Assembly (NCBI GenBank): GCA_963732805.1
Contig: CAVTAW010000001.1
Location: forward strand, 619,095 to 683,094
DNA from: an uncultured Chloroflexia bacterium
Lineage (GTDB): Bacteria; Chloroflexota; Limnocylindria; Limnocylindrales; CSP1-4
Reading direction: 5' to 3'
DNA length: 64,000 nucleotides
Positions 29,463-39,194 of this stretch are shown piece after piece (the stretch's first letter is position 1; the number at the start of each line of letters is the position of its first letter). A program made the position numbers and the translations under genes. The notes beneath the pieces are model-generated. The model was given only the letters and a program-made list of their open reading frames with translations. It was not told the DNA's origin and made no database searches.

Positions 29463-30287
29463 TCAGAACAGGGATGTCTGGACGCCGAACGCCTTGACCA
29501 CCGAGCGGGCCTCCTCGCGGGTGAGCCCCTCGGCCCGTCCGCCCGCGACGAGGTCCATGTACTCGAAGCGTGCCGCGGTTTCGGCGTACTCGATGCGGTC
29601 CACCGCGCGGGTCACCGACACGTCGCTCCGTGCCATGACGCCGTGCTTGCACCAGACGTCGATCCGGTGGGTCCGCAGGCTCTCGACGTTGGCAGCCATC
29701 AGCGTGTCCGAACCCGGCAGCATGAACGGCAGCACCCCGATGCCCTGGGGAAGCTGGACGATCGTCTCCGGCTCCCAGCGCATCACCCGCGCGTTGAAGT
29801 ACGCCTCGTCCTGGTAGGCCGGGACGTGCGACAGGTACGTCAGGTGGGGTGGCTGCGCGTGGACGACGGCGTGGAAGTTGGTCTCGGTCCGTGCGACCAT
29901 GTCCTCGTGCACCGCGAGGTGCGAGTTCCACTCCGAGGTGAGCTGCTCGAACAGGCGCGTGGGCGCGGTCCACAGGGTGGCCGTCGCACCATCGCCGGCG
30001 ATGACCACGGCGCCCACCGCCGCGACCGGGTTGGTCGCGAGGTCGCGCAGCCGCCGGCCTGAGCCGGTCACCACCAGGGTGTGGCCGCCCAGGTGCCGGG
30101 CCGGCACCGGGAGTTCGATCGGCTCGGGGTTGGGGAACCGTCGCCGGACCTCGATCGGCCAACCGACGCACACCGAGATGTTCCCGGCGGCGCCCTCACC
30201 GGCGTCGATCAGGGCGACCCGGCGGCCCCCCTCGCCCATGGAGGCCAGGAGCTCGTCGAGCTCCGGGAACGGCTCGCTCAGCCCCAC
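29463..30287 (-). CDS. rhaD: Rhamnulose-1-phosphate aldolase (class II aldolase)
   Basis: 274 aa, the same length as E. coli RhaD as I remember it, and collinear with it: GNISV, LVVTGSGRRLRDL, TSEWNSHLAVHE, VVHAQPPHLTYLSHV, GIGVLPFMLPGSD, VWCKHGVMARS. Confidence 0.8.
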   Translation of the reverse strand: MGLSEPFPELDELLASMGEGGRRVALIDAGEGAAGNISVCVGWPIEVRRRFPNPEPIELPVPARHLGGHTLVVTGSGRRLRDLATNPVAAVGAVVIAGDGATATLWTAPTRLFEQLTSEWNSHLAVHEDMVARTETNFHAVVHAQPPHLTYLSHVPAYQDEAYFNARVMRWEPETIVQLPQGIGVLPFMLPGSDTLMAANVESLRTHRIDVWCKHGVMARSDVSVTRAVDRIEYAETAARFEYMDLVAGGRAEGLTREEARSVVKAFGVQTSLF

Positions 30288-30291
30288 CGGG

Positions 30292-31509
30292 TCACCAGCT
30301 CGCGGCCGTGCCGCCGACGCGGGCGGCGTACTTCGCGGCCTCGTCGCCCGAGTCCAGGTAGGCGCGGTACGGGTCGGCCGGGAGGCCGCGCGCCACGCGC
30401 AGCTCGGCGAGCAGCGGCCGGACGTCGGTGTTGAACGCCGCCCACAGCGCGCCGTTCGCCTCGAGCACGTCGCCCGCCTGCTGGGCGGCGAGGAGGGCTT
30501 CGCGATCGACGAGCAGCGCCTTGGCGATCGTCTCCTGGAGGTTCATGACGCTGCGGATCATGGCCGGCACCTTGGGCTCGATGTTGTGGCACTGGTCGAG
30601 CATGTAGGTGGTCCCGTTGGCGCACGCCTGGGCGACCGGGTCGCCCTCGTCGCGCATCGCGTTGACCAGCTCGTGCGCGATCCGGAACAGCTGGTACGGG
30701 TCGATGGATCCGACCATGAGGTCGTCGTCGCCGTACTTCTTGTCGTTGAGGTCGAACGCGGCCAGCCGGCCCTCGGCCAGCAGCAGGGCGACGATCTGCT
30801 CGATGTTCACGCCCATCGCGTGGTGGCCCGTGTCCACGCACACGCCGGCCCGCTCGCCCAGCTGGCGCACGACGTTGAGGCTCTGGCCCCAGTCCTGGAC
30901 GTCGGTGCTGTACAGGGCGGGCTCGTACAGCTTGTACTCGAGGTACATGCGCGCGGTCGCCGGGAGGTGCGAGTAGGCCTCCTGCAGGCCCGCGACCAGG
31001 CGGCGGTGGCGCATGCGCAGGTCGTCCTGGCCCGGGTAGTTGGTGCCGTCACCCAGCCAGACCTTGACCGCCTGTGCATCCATCGCCTCCGCGATCTCGC
31101 AGCACTCGACGATCGCGGCCACGGCCTTGGCCCGCACCCGGGCGTCGGGGTGGCACAGCGACCCCAGCTTGTAGTCCTCGTCCTGGAACGTGTTGCTGTT
31201 GATCCCGCCGACCACGAGGCCGCGCTCGCGCGCGTACGCCGCGAGGCCCCGGAAGTCGTCGACCCTGTCCCACGGGATGTGGAGCGACACCGACCCGGCG
31301 ATGCCCGTGTAGCGGTTGACGGTCGCGGCATCGTCGATCTTCTCGAACACGGTCCGCGGCACGCCCTGCTGCGGGAACACGCGGAAGCGCGTCCCGGTGT
31401 TGACGAAGCCCCACGACGGGATCTCGATGTTGACCCCGTTCATCGCCCAGTCGATGCGCTCGATGGCCGGGGCGGATGCGGGCTTGGCGACGGCGGTGAT
31501 GGTGGCCAT
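30292..31509 (-). CDS. rhaI: L-rhamnose isomerase (xylose-isomerase-like TIM-barrel, Pseudomonas stutzeri / actinobacterial type)
   Basis: 405 aa. IPSWGFVNTGTRFRVFP, VSLHIPWD, GINSNTFQD..YKLGSL, VWLGDGTNYPGQ, EYKLYEPALYSTDVQDWG, DTGHHA, NDKKYGDDDL. These match the remembered P. stutzeri L-RhI sequence segment by segment. Confidence 0.85.
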   Translation of the reverse strand: MATITAVAKPASAPAIERIDWAMNGVNIEIPSWGFVNTGTRFRVFPQQGVPRTVFEKIDDAATVNRYTGIAGSVSLHIPWDRVDDFRGLAAYARERGLVVGGINSNTFQDEDYKLGSLCHPDARVRAKAVAAIVECCEIAEAMDAQAVKVWLGDGTNYPGQDDLRMRHRRLVAGLQEAYSHLPATARMYLEYKLYEPALYSTDVQDWGQSLNVVRQLGERAGVCVDTGHHAMGVNIEQIVALLLAEGRLAAFDLNDKKYGDDDLMVGSIDPYQLFRIAHELVNAMRDEGDPVAQACANGTTYMLDQCHNIEPKVPAMIRSVMNLQETIAKALLVDREALLAAQQAGDVLEANGALWAAFNTDVRPLLAELRVARGLPADPYRAYLDSGDEAAKYAARVGGTAASW

Positions 31510-31525
31510 GGCGGTCTCCTGCTGC

Positions 31526-33016
31526 TCAGGCGGGGGCGACGGCCCGGGCGGTCAGCGCGGCGAAGCGCGCGCGGGCCTCGGACCAGTCGCCGGAGGGGTC
31601 ATACGTGGTGATCGGGAAGGAGCGGGCGGCCAGCTCGCGAGCCTCGGCGACCGAGGCGAGCTCACCGGCGGCGATCGCCTGCAGCGCGAGGTTGCCGATC
31701 GCCGTCGCCTCGACGGGGCCGGCCCGGACCGCCAGCCCGGTGGCATCGGCGGTCAGCTGGCACAGCAGGCGATGATTGGACCCGCCACCGACGACGTGCA
31801 GGGCGTCGATGCGCTGGCCTGACGCGGCCGCCAGCTGGTCGACGACCGCGGCGTATCGCAGCGCGAGGCTCTCGAGGAGCACGCGCATCAGCGTCGCAGG
31901 GTCCGGCGGGACCGTCTGGCCCGTCTCGACGCAGAACTCGCGGACGCGCGCCGGCAGGTCGCCGGGGCGGACGAACCGGTCGTCATCCGGGTCGATGAAC
32001 GCGGTGAACGCCGGGGCCGTCGCGGCAAGGTCGGCGAGCGCCTCGTAGGTCGGCCCGTCACCGTCGGGCCACAGCGACCTCCGGCTCTCCTGCACCAGCC
32101 ACAGTCCCACGACGTTGCGCAGCAGCCGGATCGTGCCGGCGACGCCACCCTCGTTGGTCAGGTTGGCCGCCAGCGAGACATCGGAGATCACCGGCTCCGG
32201 CACCTCGAGCCCGATGAGCGACCAGGTCCCGGAGGACAGGTACGCGGTGGACGGCCCCGCGAGCGGGGTCCCGGCGACCGCGGACGCGGTGTCGTGCGAA
32301 CCGGGCAGGATGACGCGCGTGCGCGCGAGGCCGGGCGCCCGGGCGAGATCGCCCGCAAGCGGTCCGACGTCGGTTCCGGGCGCCACGAGCCCGGGCAGCA
32401 GCCGGGTCGGGATGCCGAGCCGCTCGAGCATCGGCCGCGCCCAGTCCCGGGCGTGCGCGTCGAGGGCCTGGCTAGTGGACGCGATGGTGTACTCGGACAG
32501 GCTGGCGCCGGACAGGAAGTGGGCGAACAGGTCGGCGATCATCAGCAGCCGGTCTGCGTGGCGGAGCAGCGGATCCTCGTCGACGGCCATCGAGAGCAGC
32601 TGGTACAGGGTGTTGATGGCCATGAATTGGATGCCGGTCGCGCGGTAGATCTCGTCCCGCGGCACCATCGAGCACGCCCGTTCGACCATGCCGTCCGTCC
32701 GCGCGTCCCGGTAGTGGACCGGGTTCGCAAGCAGCCGCCCGCGCTCGTCGAGCAGACCGAAGTCCACGCCCCAGCTGTCGACCGCGAGGGAGCTGACCTC
32801 GCCCCCTGCGCCCGCCCTGCGCAGGCCGGCGGTGATGTCGCCCAGCAGCCGCAGCGCGTCCCACTCGAGCGTGCCGCCCACGGTCACGGGGACGTTCGGG
32901 AACCGGTGGACATCCTCGAGCGCGAGCCGGCCGCCGTCGAACGTGCCGACCAGGACCCGGCCGCTCTCGGCCCCCAGGTCGACCGCCGCGAGCCGCAGGG
33001 CGGCGCGCTCAGTCAA
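31526..33016 (-). CDS. rhaB: Rhamnulokinase (FGGY carbohydrate kinase)
   Basis: 496 aa, TTG start. AAVDLGAESGRVLVGTFDG..LEDVHRFPN, SLAVDSWGVDFGLLD, VVGGGSNHRLLCQLTADATG. The context lies between rhaM and rhaI. Confidence 0.85.
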   Translation of the reverse strand: MTERAALRLAAVDLGAESGRVLVGTFDGGRLALEDVHRFPNVPVTVGGTLEWDALRLLGDITAGLRRAGAGGEVSSLAVDSWGVDFGLLDERGRLLANPVHYRDARTDGMVERACSMVPRDEIYRATGIQFMAINTLYQLLSMAVDEDPLLRHADRLLMIADLFAHFLSGASLSEYTIASTSQALDAHARDWARPMLERLGIPTRLLPGLVAPGTDVGPLAGDLARAPGLARTRVILPGSHDTASAVAGTPLAGPSTAYLSSGTWSLIGLEVPEPVISDVSLAANLTNEGGVAGTIRLLRNVVGLWLVQESRRSLWPDGDGPTYEALADLAATAPAFTAFIDPDDDRFVRPGDLPARVREFCVETGQTVPPDPATLMRVLLESLALRYAAVVDQLAAASGQRIDALHVVGGGSNHRLLCQLTADATGLAVRAGPVEATAIGNLALQAIAAGELASVAEARELAARSFPITTYDPSGDWSEARARFAALTARAVAPA

Positions 33017-33323
33017 GGCGGAACACCTCGTCCAGGCGGCGGTGGAAGCCCGTCACGGGATCCGTGCACGGGTCGATGAGGCGGGCCATGTCCGCCTGCC
33101 AGCGGTCGTTGACCGGCTGCTGGGCCATGTAGGCGCGAAAGCGGTCGAAATCCTCGACGTCGAACACGCCGATCAGCTGCTGGTCGAGCAGGTAGATCGA
33201 GTAGTTGTGCACGCCGGCCGCCTTGAGGGCACCGAGCATCTCGGGCCAGACGTCGGCGTGGCGTCGCCGGTACTCGGCTTCGGCGCCGGGCAGCAGGCGC
33301 ATGGTGAAGGCGACACGTTCCAT
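33009..33323 (-). CDS. rhaM: L-rhamnose mutarotase
   Basis: 104 aa. MERVAFTMRLLPGAEAEYRRRHADVWPEMLGALKAAGVHNYSIYL...FRAYMAQQPVNDRWQ matches the RhaM family. Confidence 0.85.
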   Translation of the reverse strand: MERVAFTMRLLPGAEAEYRRRHADVWPEMLGALKAAGVHNYSIYLLDQQLIGVFDVEDFDRFRAYMAQQPVNDRWQADMARLIDPCTDPVTGFHRRLDEVFRLD

Positions 33324-33346
33324 GGGTCTCGAGATCCAGGGGTTTC

Positions 33347-33377
33347 GGTCCCCGGCGGTCGTGGACCGCCGGGGACC
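33347..33377 (-). terminator. Perfect 14-bp stem / 3-nt loop hairpin between the binding-protein gene and rhaM (attenuator or mRNA-stabiliser rather than a full stop)
   Basis: ggtccccggcggtc gtg gaccgccggggacc, read directly. There is no U-tract on either strand. Confidence 0.45.
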
Positions 33378-33407
33378 CCGCGATGGAGGAGGAGCTCCAG
33401 CCGCTGG

Positions 33408-34520
33408 CTAGAAGCCGAACTCGGTCACGTACTGGTCGATGTTGTCCTTGTTGAACACGAACGGCGGTCCGAGGACGACGACGCTGTCCGCGCCGATCGT
33501 GTACGGCGCGCCGTTGTTGAGGCTCGCGACCGTGAAGGTCTCGCCCTCCTTGCCGGTGATCTCGCCCGAGACGAGCTTCGCGGCCACCGCGTAGGCGAGG
33601 TAGCCGAGGTCGGTGACGTTCCAGAGCGCGAACTCCGGCGCCTCGCCGCCCTTGACGTAGTCGACCATGCCCATCGGGGTCCCGAGACCGGTCACGAAGA
33701 CCTGGCCGGTCTTGCCGGCTGCGCGGACGACCTGGGCGGCCGCCACGATGCCGACGGTGGTCGGGGCGATGATGACCTTGAGGTTCGGATGCGCCTGCAG
33801 CAGGCCCTGGGCCTGCTGGGTGCTGACCTGCGGGTCGTCGTTGCCATAGACGACGCCGTCGTAGGTGAGACCGCTGTACTTGGCGTCCTTCAGGGTCTCC
33901 TCCATGGCGGCGATCCAGGCGTTCTGGTTGGTGGCGGACTGCGAAGCGGACAGGACCGCGATCTCGCCGGTGCAGCTCGGGGCGATGTCGCACGCCATGT
34001 CCGCGAGGCCCTTGCCGATGCCCGCGGTGTCAGCCTGGTTGACGAACACGTCGTAGGCACCCACGGCCGGGCTGGAGTCGTAGCCCACGACCTTGACGCC
34101 CGAGCTCATCGCATCCTTGAGGGCCGGGGCCACGGCGGTGGCATCGTCCGCGGAGATGATGATGGCGTCATTGCCCTGGGTGGCCGCCGTCTGGATGAAC
34201 GGGACCTGCTGGGTCGCATCGGCCGCGGAGGGACCGACCTGCGAGACGGTGCCGCCGAGATCGGTGGCGGCCTTCTGGGCGCCCTTGAACGCCACGTCGA
34301 AGTAGGGGTTGTTGATCTGCTTGGGGATCACGACGGCGGTGATGCCCTGGGCGGCCGGTGATTTGGGCGCCATGGACTCAGGCGCCGTCGATTGCGGTGC
34401 GGTGGTCGGCGGCGCGGCCGACGGCGCGGCGGACGGCGTGCTCCCGGACGAGCCACACGCGGCCACCACGATGGCAACCGCAGCAAGCCCGACGATGAAC
34501 CGTCGAGTAGAGCTGATCAT
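33408..34520 (-). CDS. ABC sugar (rhamnose-type) substrate-binding lipoprotein
   Basis: Internal ATG 34520 behind GAGGAGGA. The lipobox-like signal MISSTRRFIVGLAAVAIVVAACGSSG is followed by a periplasmic-binding-protein type I fold (VVIPKQINNPYFD...). Confidence 0.85.
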   Translation of the reverse strand: MISSTRRFIVGLAAVAIVVAACGSSGSTPSAAPSAAPPTTAPQSTAPESMAPKSPAAQGITAVVIPKQINNPYFDVAFKGAQKAATDLGGTVSQVGPSAADATQQVPFIQTAATQGNDAIIISADDATAVAPALKDAMSSGVKVVGYDSSPAVGAYDVFVNQADTAGIGKGLADMACDIAPSCTGEIAVLSASQSATNQNAWIAAMEETLKDAKYSGLTYDGVVYGNDDPQVSTQQAQGLLQAHPNLKVIIAPTTVGIVAAAQVVRAAGKTGQVFVTGLGTPMGMVDYVKGGEAPEFALWNVTDLGYLAYAVAAKLVSGEITGKEGETFTVASLNNGAPYTIGADSVVVLGPPFVFNKDNIDQYVTEFGF

Positions 34521-34545
34521 GGAAACCTGGTCCTCCTCGTTGCGC

Positions 34546-35598
34546 TTACGACACGATCTCGCCAGGGGTGGCCGAGCCGGCCGGCGGGCGCCGGCTCCTG
34601 CGGACTCGGTCCAACATGACCCTGGACTGGCGAGCAAGGTAGGGAACGGTGACCGAGACGATCAGGAGGACGCCGATGGCGATCCCCTGGTACTCGCCCG
34701 AGACACCGGCGAGCCGCAGTACGTTCTGGAGTACCGCGAGCGTGAACACGGCAAGGATGACCCCGGGGATCGTGCCCTTGCCGCCGTTGATGTCGACACC
34801 ACCGAGAACCACGACCGTCACCACGGTCAGCGTCATCCCGGTGCCGTTGTCGTTTCGTGCGGACGAGAAGCGCGCCGCGAGGATGATCCCGGCCAGCGCC
34901 GCAATCAGCCCGCACAGCACGAACAGCCAGGTCCGAACGCGCTGGACCCGGACGCCGGAATAGCGCGCGGCATTCTTGTTCTTGCCGATGGCGAACACCT
35001 GGCGCCCGACCCACGTCGCGTGTGTCACGGCCCAGTAGATGACGCCCAGGACCGCGAACACCACCAGGGAGTAGGGGATCGGGCTGTGGGCGATGGTCCC
35101 GAACCCGAACTCGGTGAACCAGTCGGGCCAGACGCTGATGACCGTCGGGCCGAGCACGATGTTGGCGACGCCGCGGAACAGCGCGAGCGTGCCCAGGGTG
35201 ACGACGAGCGCCGGGATGCCGGCCCGCGTCACGAGCACCCCGTTGAGCAGGCCGCCGAGCGCCCCGATCAGCAGCACCAGCGGGATACCGATCGGGAGCG
35301 GCAGGCCCGAGACCATGAGCCAGCCGAGGATGGCGCCCGCCATGCCCACCATCGACTCGACGGACAGGTCGATGTCGCCGGTGATGACGATCAGCGTCAT
35401 GGGCAGCGCGATGATCGCGATCTCCATCATCGCGCTCACGAGGTTCGCGAAGTTCTGGCCCGTGAGGAAGTACGGCGAGACCCGCGTTCCCTCGATGACG
35501 AGTCCGAGGAGCAGCAGGACGAGGAGCGTCTCCCAGCGCGCCACCGCGGCCAGGCGAAGGCGGCTCGCGGGCGCCGCGACGCGCACCGATGCGCTCAT
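34546..35598 (-). CDS. ABC sugar transporter permease
   Basis: Internal ATG 35598 overlaps the upstream stop (ATGA). 350 aa, multi-TM, of the ribose/rhamnose permease type (ITGDIDLSVESMVGMAG...). Confidence 0.85.
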   Translation of the reverse strand: MSASVRVAAPASRLRLAAVARWETLLVLLLLGLVIEGTRVSPYFLTGQNFANLVSAMMEIAIIALPMTLIVITGDIDLSVESMVGMAGAILGWLMVSGLPLPIGIPLVLLIGALGGLLNGVLVTRAGIPALVVTLGTLALFRGVANIVLGPTVISVWPDWFTEFGFGTIAHSPIPYSLVVFAVLGVIYWAVTHATWVGRQVFAIGKNKNAARYSGVRVQRVRTWLFVLCGLIAALAGIILAARFSSARNDNGTGMTLTVVTVVVLGGVDINGGKGTIPGVILAVFTLAVLQNVLRLAGVSGEYQGIAIGVLLIVSVTVPYLARQSRVMLDRVRRSRRPPAGSATPGEIVS

Positions 35599-36620
35599 CG
35601 CCGGGTGCCCTGCGCGGCGAGCCGGCGTTGGCGGCGGCTGACGAGCGCATCGGCGCTGACGGCGACCAGGATCACGGCGCCGTAGATCGCCTGGAGCACC
35701 TCCTGCGGCAGCACCAGCAGCAGCAGGGCGTTGTTGATCAGCGCGAGGAACAGCGCCCCGAGGGCGGCGCCGACCACCGTCCCGCTGCCGCCCGAGATCG
35801 ACACCCCGCCGACCACGACCGCGGCCACGATCTGGAGGACGATGCCCGACCCCGAGGTGGCGTAGATGGTGCCGAAGTAGATGCCCCACATGACGCCGGC
35901 GATGCCCGCCAGGAGCCCGGCCAGGGCGAACACCCAGAACACGACCCACCGGGACCGGATGCCGAGGATCGAGGCGGCCTCGGCGTTGCTGCCGACGGCG
36001 TAGATCTGCCGGCCGAAGCGGGTCCGGTGGAGCATCAGCGCCACGACCGCGACGATCCCCACCGCAACGAGCACGAACAGCGGGATGCCAAGGATCGTGG
36101 CGGTTGCCGCATCCGAGTAGCCGGGGGGCAGGTCGACGAGGTTGATCTGCTTGCCGCCCGCGATGATGAACACCAGCCCGCGGTAGATGCTCAACGTGCC
36201 GAGGGTCACGACGATCGACGGGATCCGGAACAGCGTGGTGATCGCGCCGTTGAACATCCCGAGCACGAGGCCTGCGCCGATGCCGACCAGCCAGGCGGCG
36301 GGGACCGGCAGCAGGCCCAGCTGGAGGATGTCGCCGACGAGGAACGCGGTGAAGCCCATCGTCGATTCCAGCGACAGGTCGATGTTCTTGGTCATGACCA
36401 CCATCGCCTCACCCACGGCGGCGATCGCGATGACCGCTGCGAGGGCCGTGACCTGGCCGAGGTTGGACGGCGACAGGAACTGCGGGGCATCGAGCGTCAC
36501 CAGCAGGCCCAGCACGACCATCACCGCGACGAGCGTCAGCTCGCGCGAACGCCCGATGGCGTTCACGGCCCGGACGGCGACGCCCGGCCGCCTGGCCGGC
36601 CGCAGCGTGTCAACGGTCAC
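35595..36620 (-). CDS. ABC sugar transporter permease
   Basis: GTG 36620 overlaps the ATPase stop (GTGA). 341 aa, multi-TM (MTKNIDLSLESTMGFTA...). Confidence 0.8.
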   Translation of the reverse strand: MTVDTLRPARRPGVAVRAVNAIGRSRELTLVAVMVVLGLLVTLDAPQFLSPSNLGQVTALAAVIAIAAVGEAMVVMTKNIDLSLESTMGFTAFLVGDILQLGLLPVPAAWLVGIGAGLVLGMFNGAITTLFRIPSIVVTLGTLSIYRGLVFIIAGGKQINLVDLPPGYSDAATATILGIPLFVLVAVGIVAVVALMLHRTRFGRQIYAVGSNAEAASILGIRSRWVVFWVFALAGLLAGIAGVMWGIYFGTIYATSGSGIVLQIVAAVVVGGVSISGGSGTVVGAALGALFLALINNALLLLVLPQEVLQAIYGAVILVAVSADALVSRRQRRLAAQGTRR

Positions 36621-38161
36621 CCGGGACCCCCGCTCGACGCGGTGGCGCCGGGCCCCGCGGCGGACGCCGCGGCCACGGGCTGCTGCCCGGTCGCGGCGAA
36701 CATCACGCGCTCCTCGGTGGCGTCGGCACGTGCGATCTCGGCGGTGACCCGCCCCTCGTGGAGGACGACGATCCGGTCGCTCATCGCCAGGACCTCCGGC
36801 AGGTCCGACGAGATCATCAGGATCCCGAGCCCCGACGCGGCGAGCTCCGACATGATCCGATGGACCTCGACCTTGGCACCGATGTCCACGCCCCGGGTGG
36901 GCTCGTCGAGGATGAGCACCCGCGGCTTCGCCGCCAGCCACTTGGCGATCACGACCTTCTGCTGGTTTCCGCCCGACAGCGACTGGACGGCCTGGTCGAC
37001 GCCCGTCGCCCGGACCTGCAGCCGCTGGGTGTACTCCGTCGCGATATCGGCCTCGACCGCGGACCGTACGAACAGGCGCGGGAAGAGCCGGGCGAGGATC
37101 GGCAGGGTCACGTTGTTCGCGATCGAGAAGTCGAGGACCAGGCCATCCTGGTGGCGGTCCTCGGGCACATAGGCGATGCCGGCCGCCAGCGCATCGGACG
37201 GGGACCGGAAGTCCACCGGGCGACCCTCGAGCACCACGTCACCGGCGGCGCGAGGCTCGATCCCGAACAGGACCCGTGCGATCTCGGTGCGGCCGGCGCC
37301 GACCAGGCCCGCGAGGCAGACGATCTCGCCGGCCCGCACGCTGAACGAGACGTCGCGGAACGCCGCCACGTCGGACAGGCCGTGGACGGCGAGCAGCTCG
37401 TCGCCCGGGATGCTGTCCTCCTTGGGGAACAGGGCAACCTCGCGACCCACCATGTGGCGGACGAGCGTCGCCGTGGTGAGCTCGGTCGTGGCCGACGTCA
37501 CAACGTGCCGGCCGTCGCGGAACACCGTCGCCCGATCGCACAGGTCGAAGACCTCCTCGAGCCGGTGGCTGACGAACAGGATCGCGACGCCGCGCTCCCG
37601 GGTGCGCCGCACGATGGTGAACAGGCGCTCGACCTCGTGGGTGGACAGGGAGGCCGTCGGCTCGTCCAGGATCAGGACCCGCGCGTCGACCGACAGCGCC
37701 TTCGCGATCTCCACCAGCTGCTGGTCGGCCATCGACAGGCCGCGCACCGGCGCCCCGACGTCGAGGTGGACGTCGAGGTCGGCGAACAGGCCGGCGGCCC
37801 GGCGACGCATCTCGCCCCAGCCGATCGATCCCAGGGGCCCCTTCGGCGGGTCGGCCAGGAACACGTTCTCGGCAACCGAGAGATCGGGGAACAGCTTCGG
37901 CTCCTGGTGCACGACGGCGATGCCCATCGCCCGCGCCGCAGCCGGGTTCGGAATGGTCACGCGCTCGCCGTCCAGCCGGATCTCGCCCTCGTCGGGCTGA
38001 TGCACGCCGGCCAGGACCTTCACCAGGGTGCTCTTGCCGGCCCCGTTCTCGCCGACGAGCGCGTGGATCTCGCCCGGGAGCAGGTCGAGCGAGACGTCCG
38101 TCAGGGCCGCCGTGGCCGCGAACCGCTTGGAGATCCCGGCCAGCGAGACGCGCGGCGTCAT
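36617..38161 (-). CDS. ABC sugar transporter ATP-binding protein (tandem ATPase domains)
   Basis: 514 aa. Walker A GENGAGKST and GLVGAGRTE; signatures LSMADQQL and LSGGNQQK; Walker B LILDEPT twice. Confidence 0.9.
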   Translation of the reverse strand: MTPRVSLAGISKRFAATAALTDVSLDLLPGEIHALVGENGAGKSTLVKVLAGVHQPDEGEIRLDGERVTIPNPAAARAMGIAVVHQEPKLFPDLSVAENVFLADPPKGPLGSIGWGEMRRRAAGLFADLDVHLDVGAPVRGLSMADQQLVEIAKALSVDARVLILDEPTASLSTHEVERLFTIVRRTRERGVAILFVSHRLEEVFDLCDRATVFRDGRHVVTSATTELTTATLVRHMVGREVALFPKEDSIPGDELLAVHGLSDVAAFRDVSFSVRAGEIVCLAGLVGAGRTEIARVLFGIEPRAAGDVVLEGRPVDFRSPSDALAAGIAYVPEDRHQDGLVLDFSIANNVTLPILARLFPRLFVRSAVEADIATEYTQRLQVRATGVDQAVQSLSGGNQQKVVIAKWLAAKPRVLILDEPTRGVDIGAKVEVHRIMSELAASGLGILMISSDLPEVLAMSDRIVVLHEGRVTAEIARADATEERVMFAATGQQPVAAASAAGPGATASSGGPG

Positions 38162-39015
38162 CGGTCGCTCACGGGCGGGACGAGGGTGACCGTGACGCCG
38201 AGGTCGCGCAGCTCGGCCACCAGCTCGGCCGGCGCCCCCTCATCGGTCAGGATCCCGGTCAGACGATCGGCTCGGCAGAACGTCGCCGACGCGGTGCGAC
38301 CGAACTTCGTGTGGTCCACGAGCGCATACACCTCGCGCGCGGCCGTGACCATCGCGCGCTTGATCTGCGCCTCCTCCTCCATGGCGTCGCTCAGGCCGGC
38401 ATCCATGGTCAGGCCGACCGCCCCCACGAACGCCTTCTGGACATTCACCCGGCGGAACACGCCGTCGCCCAGCGGCCCCACCACGGACAGGGCTTCCGCA
38501 CGCACGCGGCCGCCGAGCATCAGCACCGTGATCCCCGGCTGCCCGGCCAGCTCGAGCGCGATCCGGATGCTGTTGGTCACGACCGTCAGCTGGTGCCAGC
38601 GCCGTTCCTTGAGATGGCGCGCGACATACAGCGCCGTCGTGCTGGCGTCGAACACGATGCTGTCGCCGTCCCGGACGAGTGCCGCCGCAGCCAGCCCGAT
38701 GCGCGACTTCTCGTCCCGCTGCAGGCGCTCGCGGACGTCGAACGCGGGCTCGGGCCTGCTGGTGCCGCGGGGCGCGATGGCGCCGCCATGGGTGCGGATC
38801 AGTCGCGCCTCCCCCTCGAGGACCAGCAGGTCCTTGCGGATGGTGACGGGGGAGACACCGAACTGGACGGCCAGGTCCGCGACCCGGACGCGGCCGGCAT
38901 GCACGACGAGCTGTGCGATCTGCTCCTGGCGCTCCGGAGCGAAAACGGCTTCGGGTGCCGAGGCTGGCTTCGCGACCACCTGTTTCCGACTCCAATCGAA
39001 AGCGGACGCCATCAT
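38158..39015 (-). CDS. DeoR-family transcriptional regulator (candidate rhamnose-locus regulator)
   Basis: The start is set at ATG 39015 (MMASAF); the TTG at 39075 is more likely a TTGACA -35 box. HTH VADLAVQFGVSPVTIRKDLLVLEGEARLIRTHGGA, followed by a DeoR C-terminal sugar-phosphate sensor domain. The stop overlaps the ATPase start (ATGA). Confidence 0.8.
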   Translation of the reverse strand: MMASAFDWSRKQVVAKPASAPEAVFAPERQEQIAQLVVHAGRVRVADLAVQFGVSPVTIRKDLLVLEGEARLIRTHGGAIAPRGTSRPEPAFDVRERLQRDEKSRIGLAAAALVRDGDSIVFDASTTALYVARHLKERRWHQLTVVTNSIRIALELAGQPGITVLMLGGRVRAEALSVVGPLGDGVFRRVNVQKAFVGAVGLTMDAGLSDAMEEEAQIKRAMVTAAREVYALVDHTKFGRTASATFCRADRLTGILTDEGAPAELVAELRDLGVTVTLVPPVSDR

Positions 39016-39032
39016 TCCGAAACTTCGGTTGG

Positions 39033-39158
39033 TTGCGATTGAGAGCACTTTGAAGCGGCGTGACGGTGCTGTCAAGAGTCCTGCTGCAGATCTGACCCGA
39101 CGGAGGCTTGAGTCCGGCGCCCGCGTCGCGTAGGATGCTGTACCAGAAGCAATCGCAA
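39033..39158. promoter_or_regulatory. Divergent promoter region with a pair of exact 9-bp inverted half-sites (candidate DeoR operators)
   Basis: TTGCGATTG at 39033-39041 and its exact reverse complement CAATCGCAA at 39150-39158. TTGACA lies on the minus strand at 39075-39070, and TAGGAT on the plus strand at 39131-39136. This is locally the most AT-rich stretch I noticed. Confidence 0.45.
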
Positions 39159-39194
39159 TGACTCGTAATCAGTCGGAGCGTAGGCAAACCGCCC

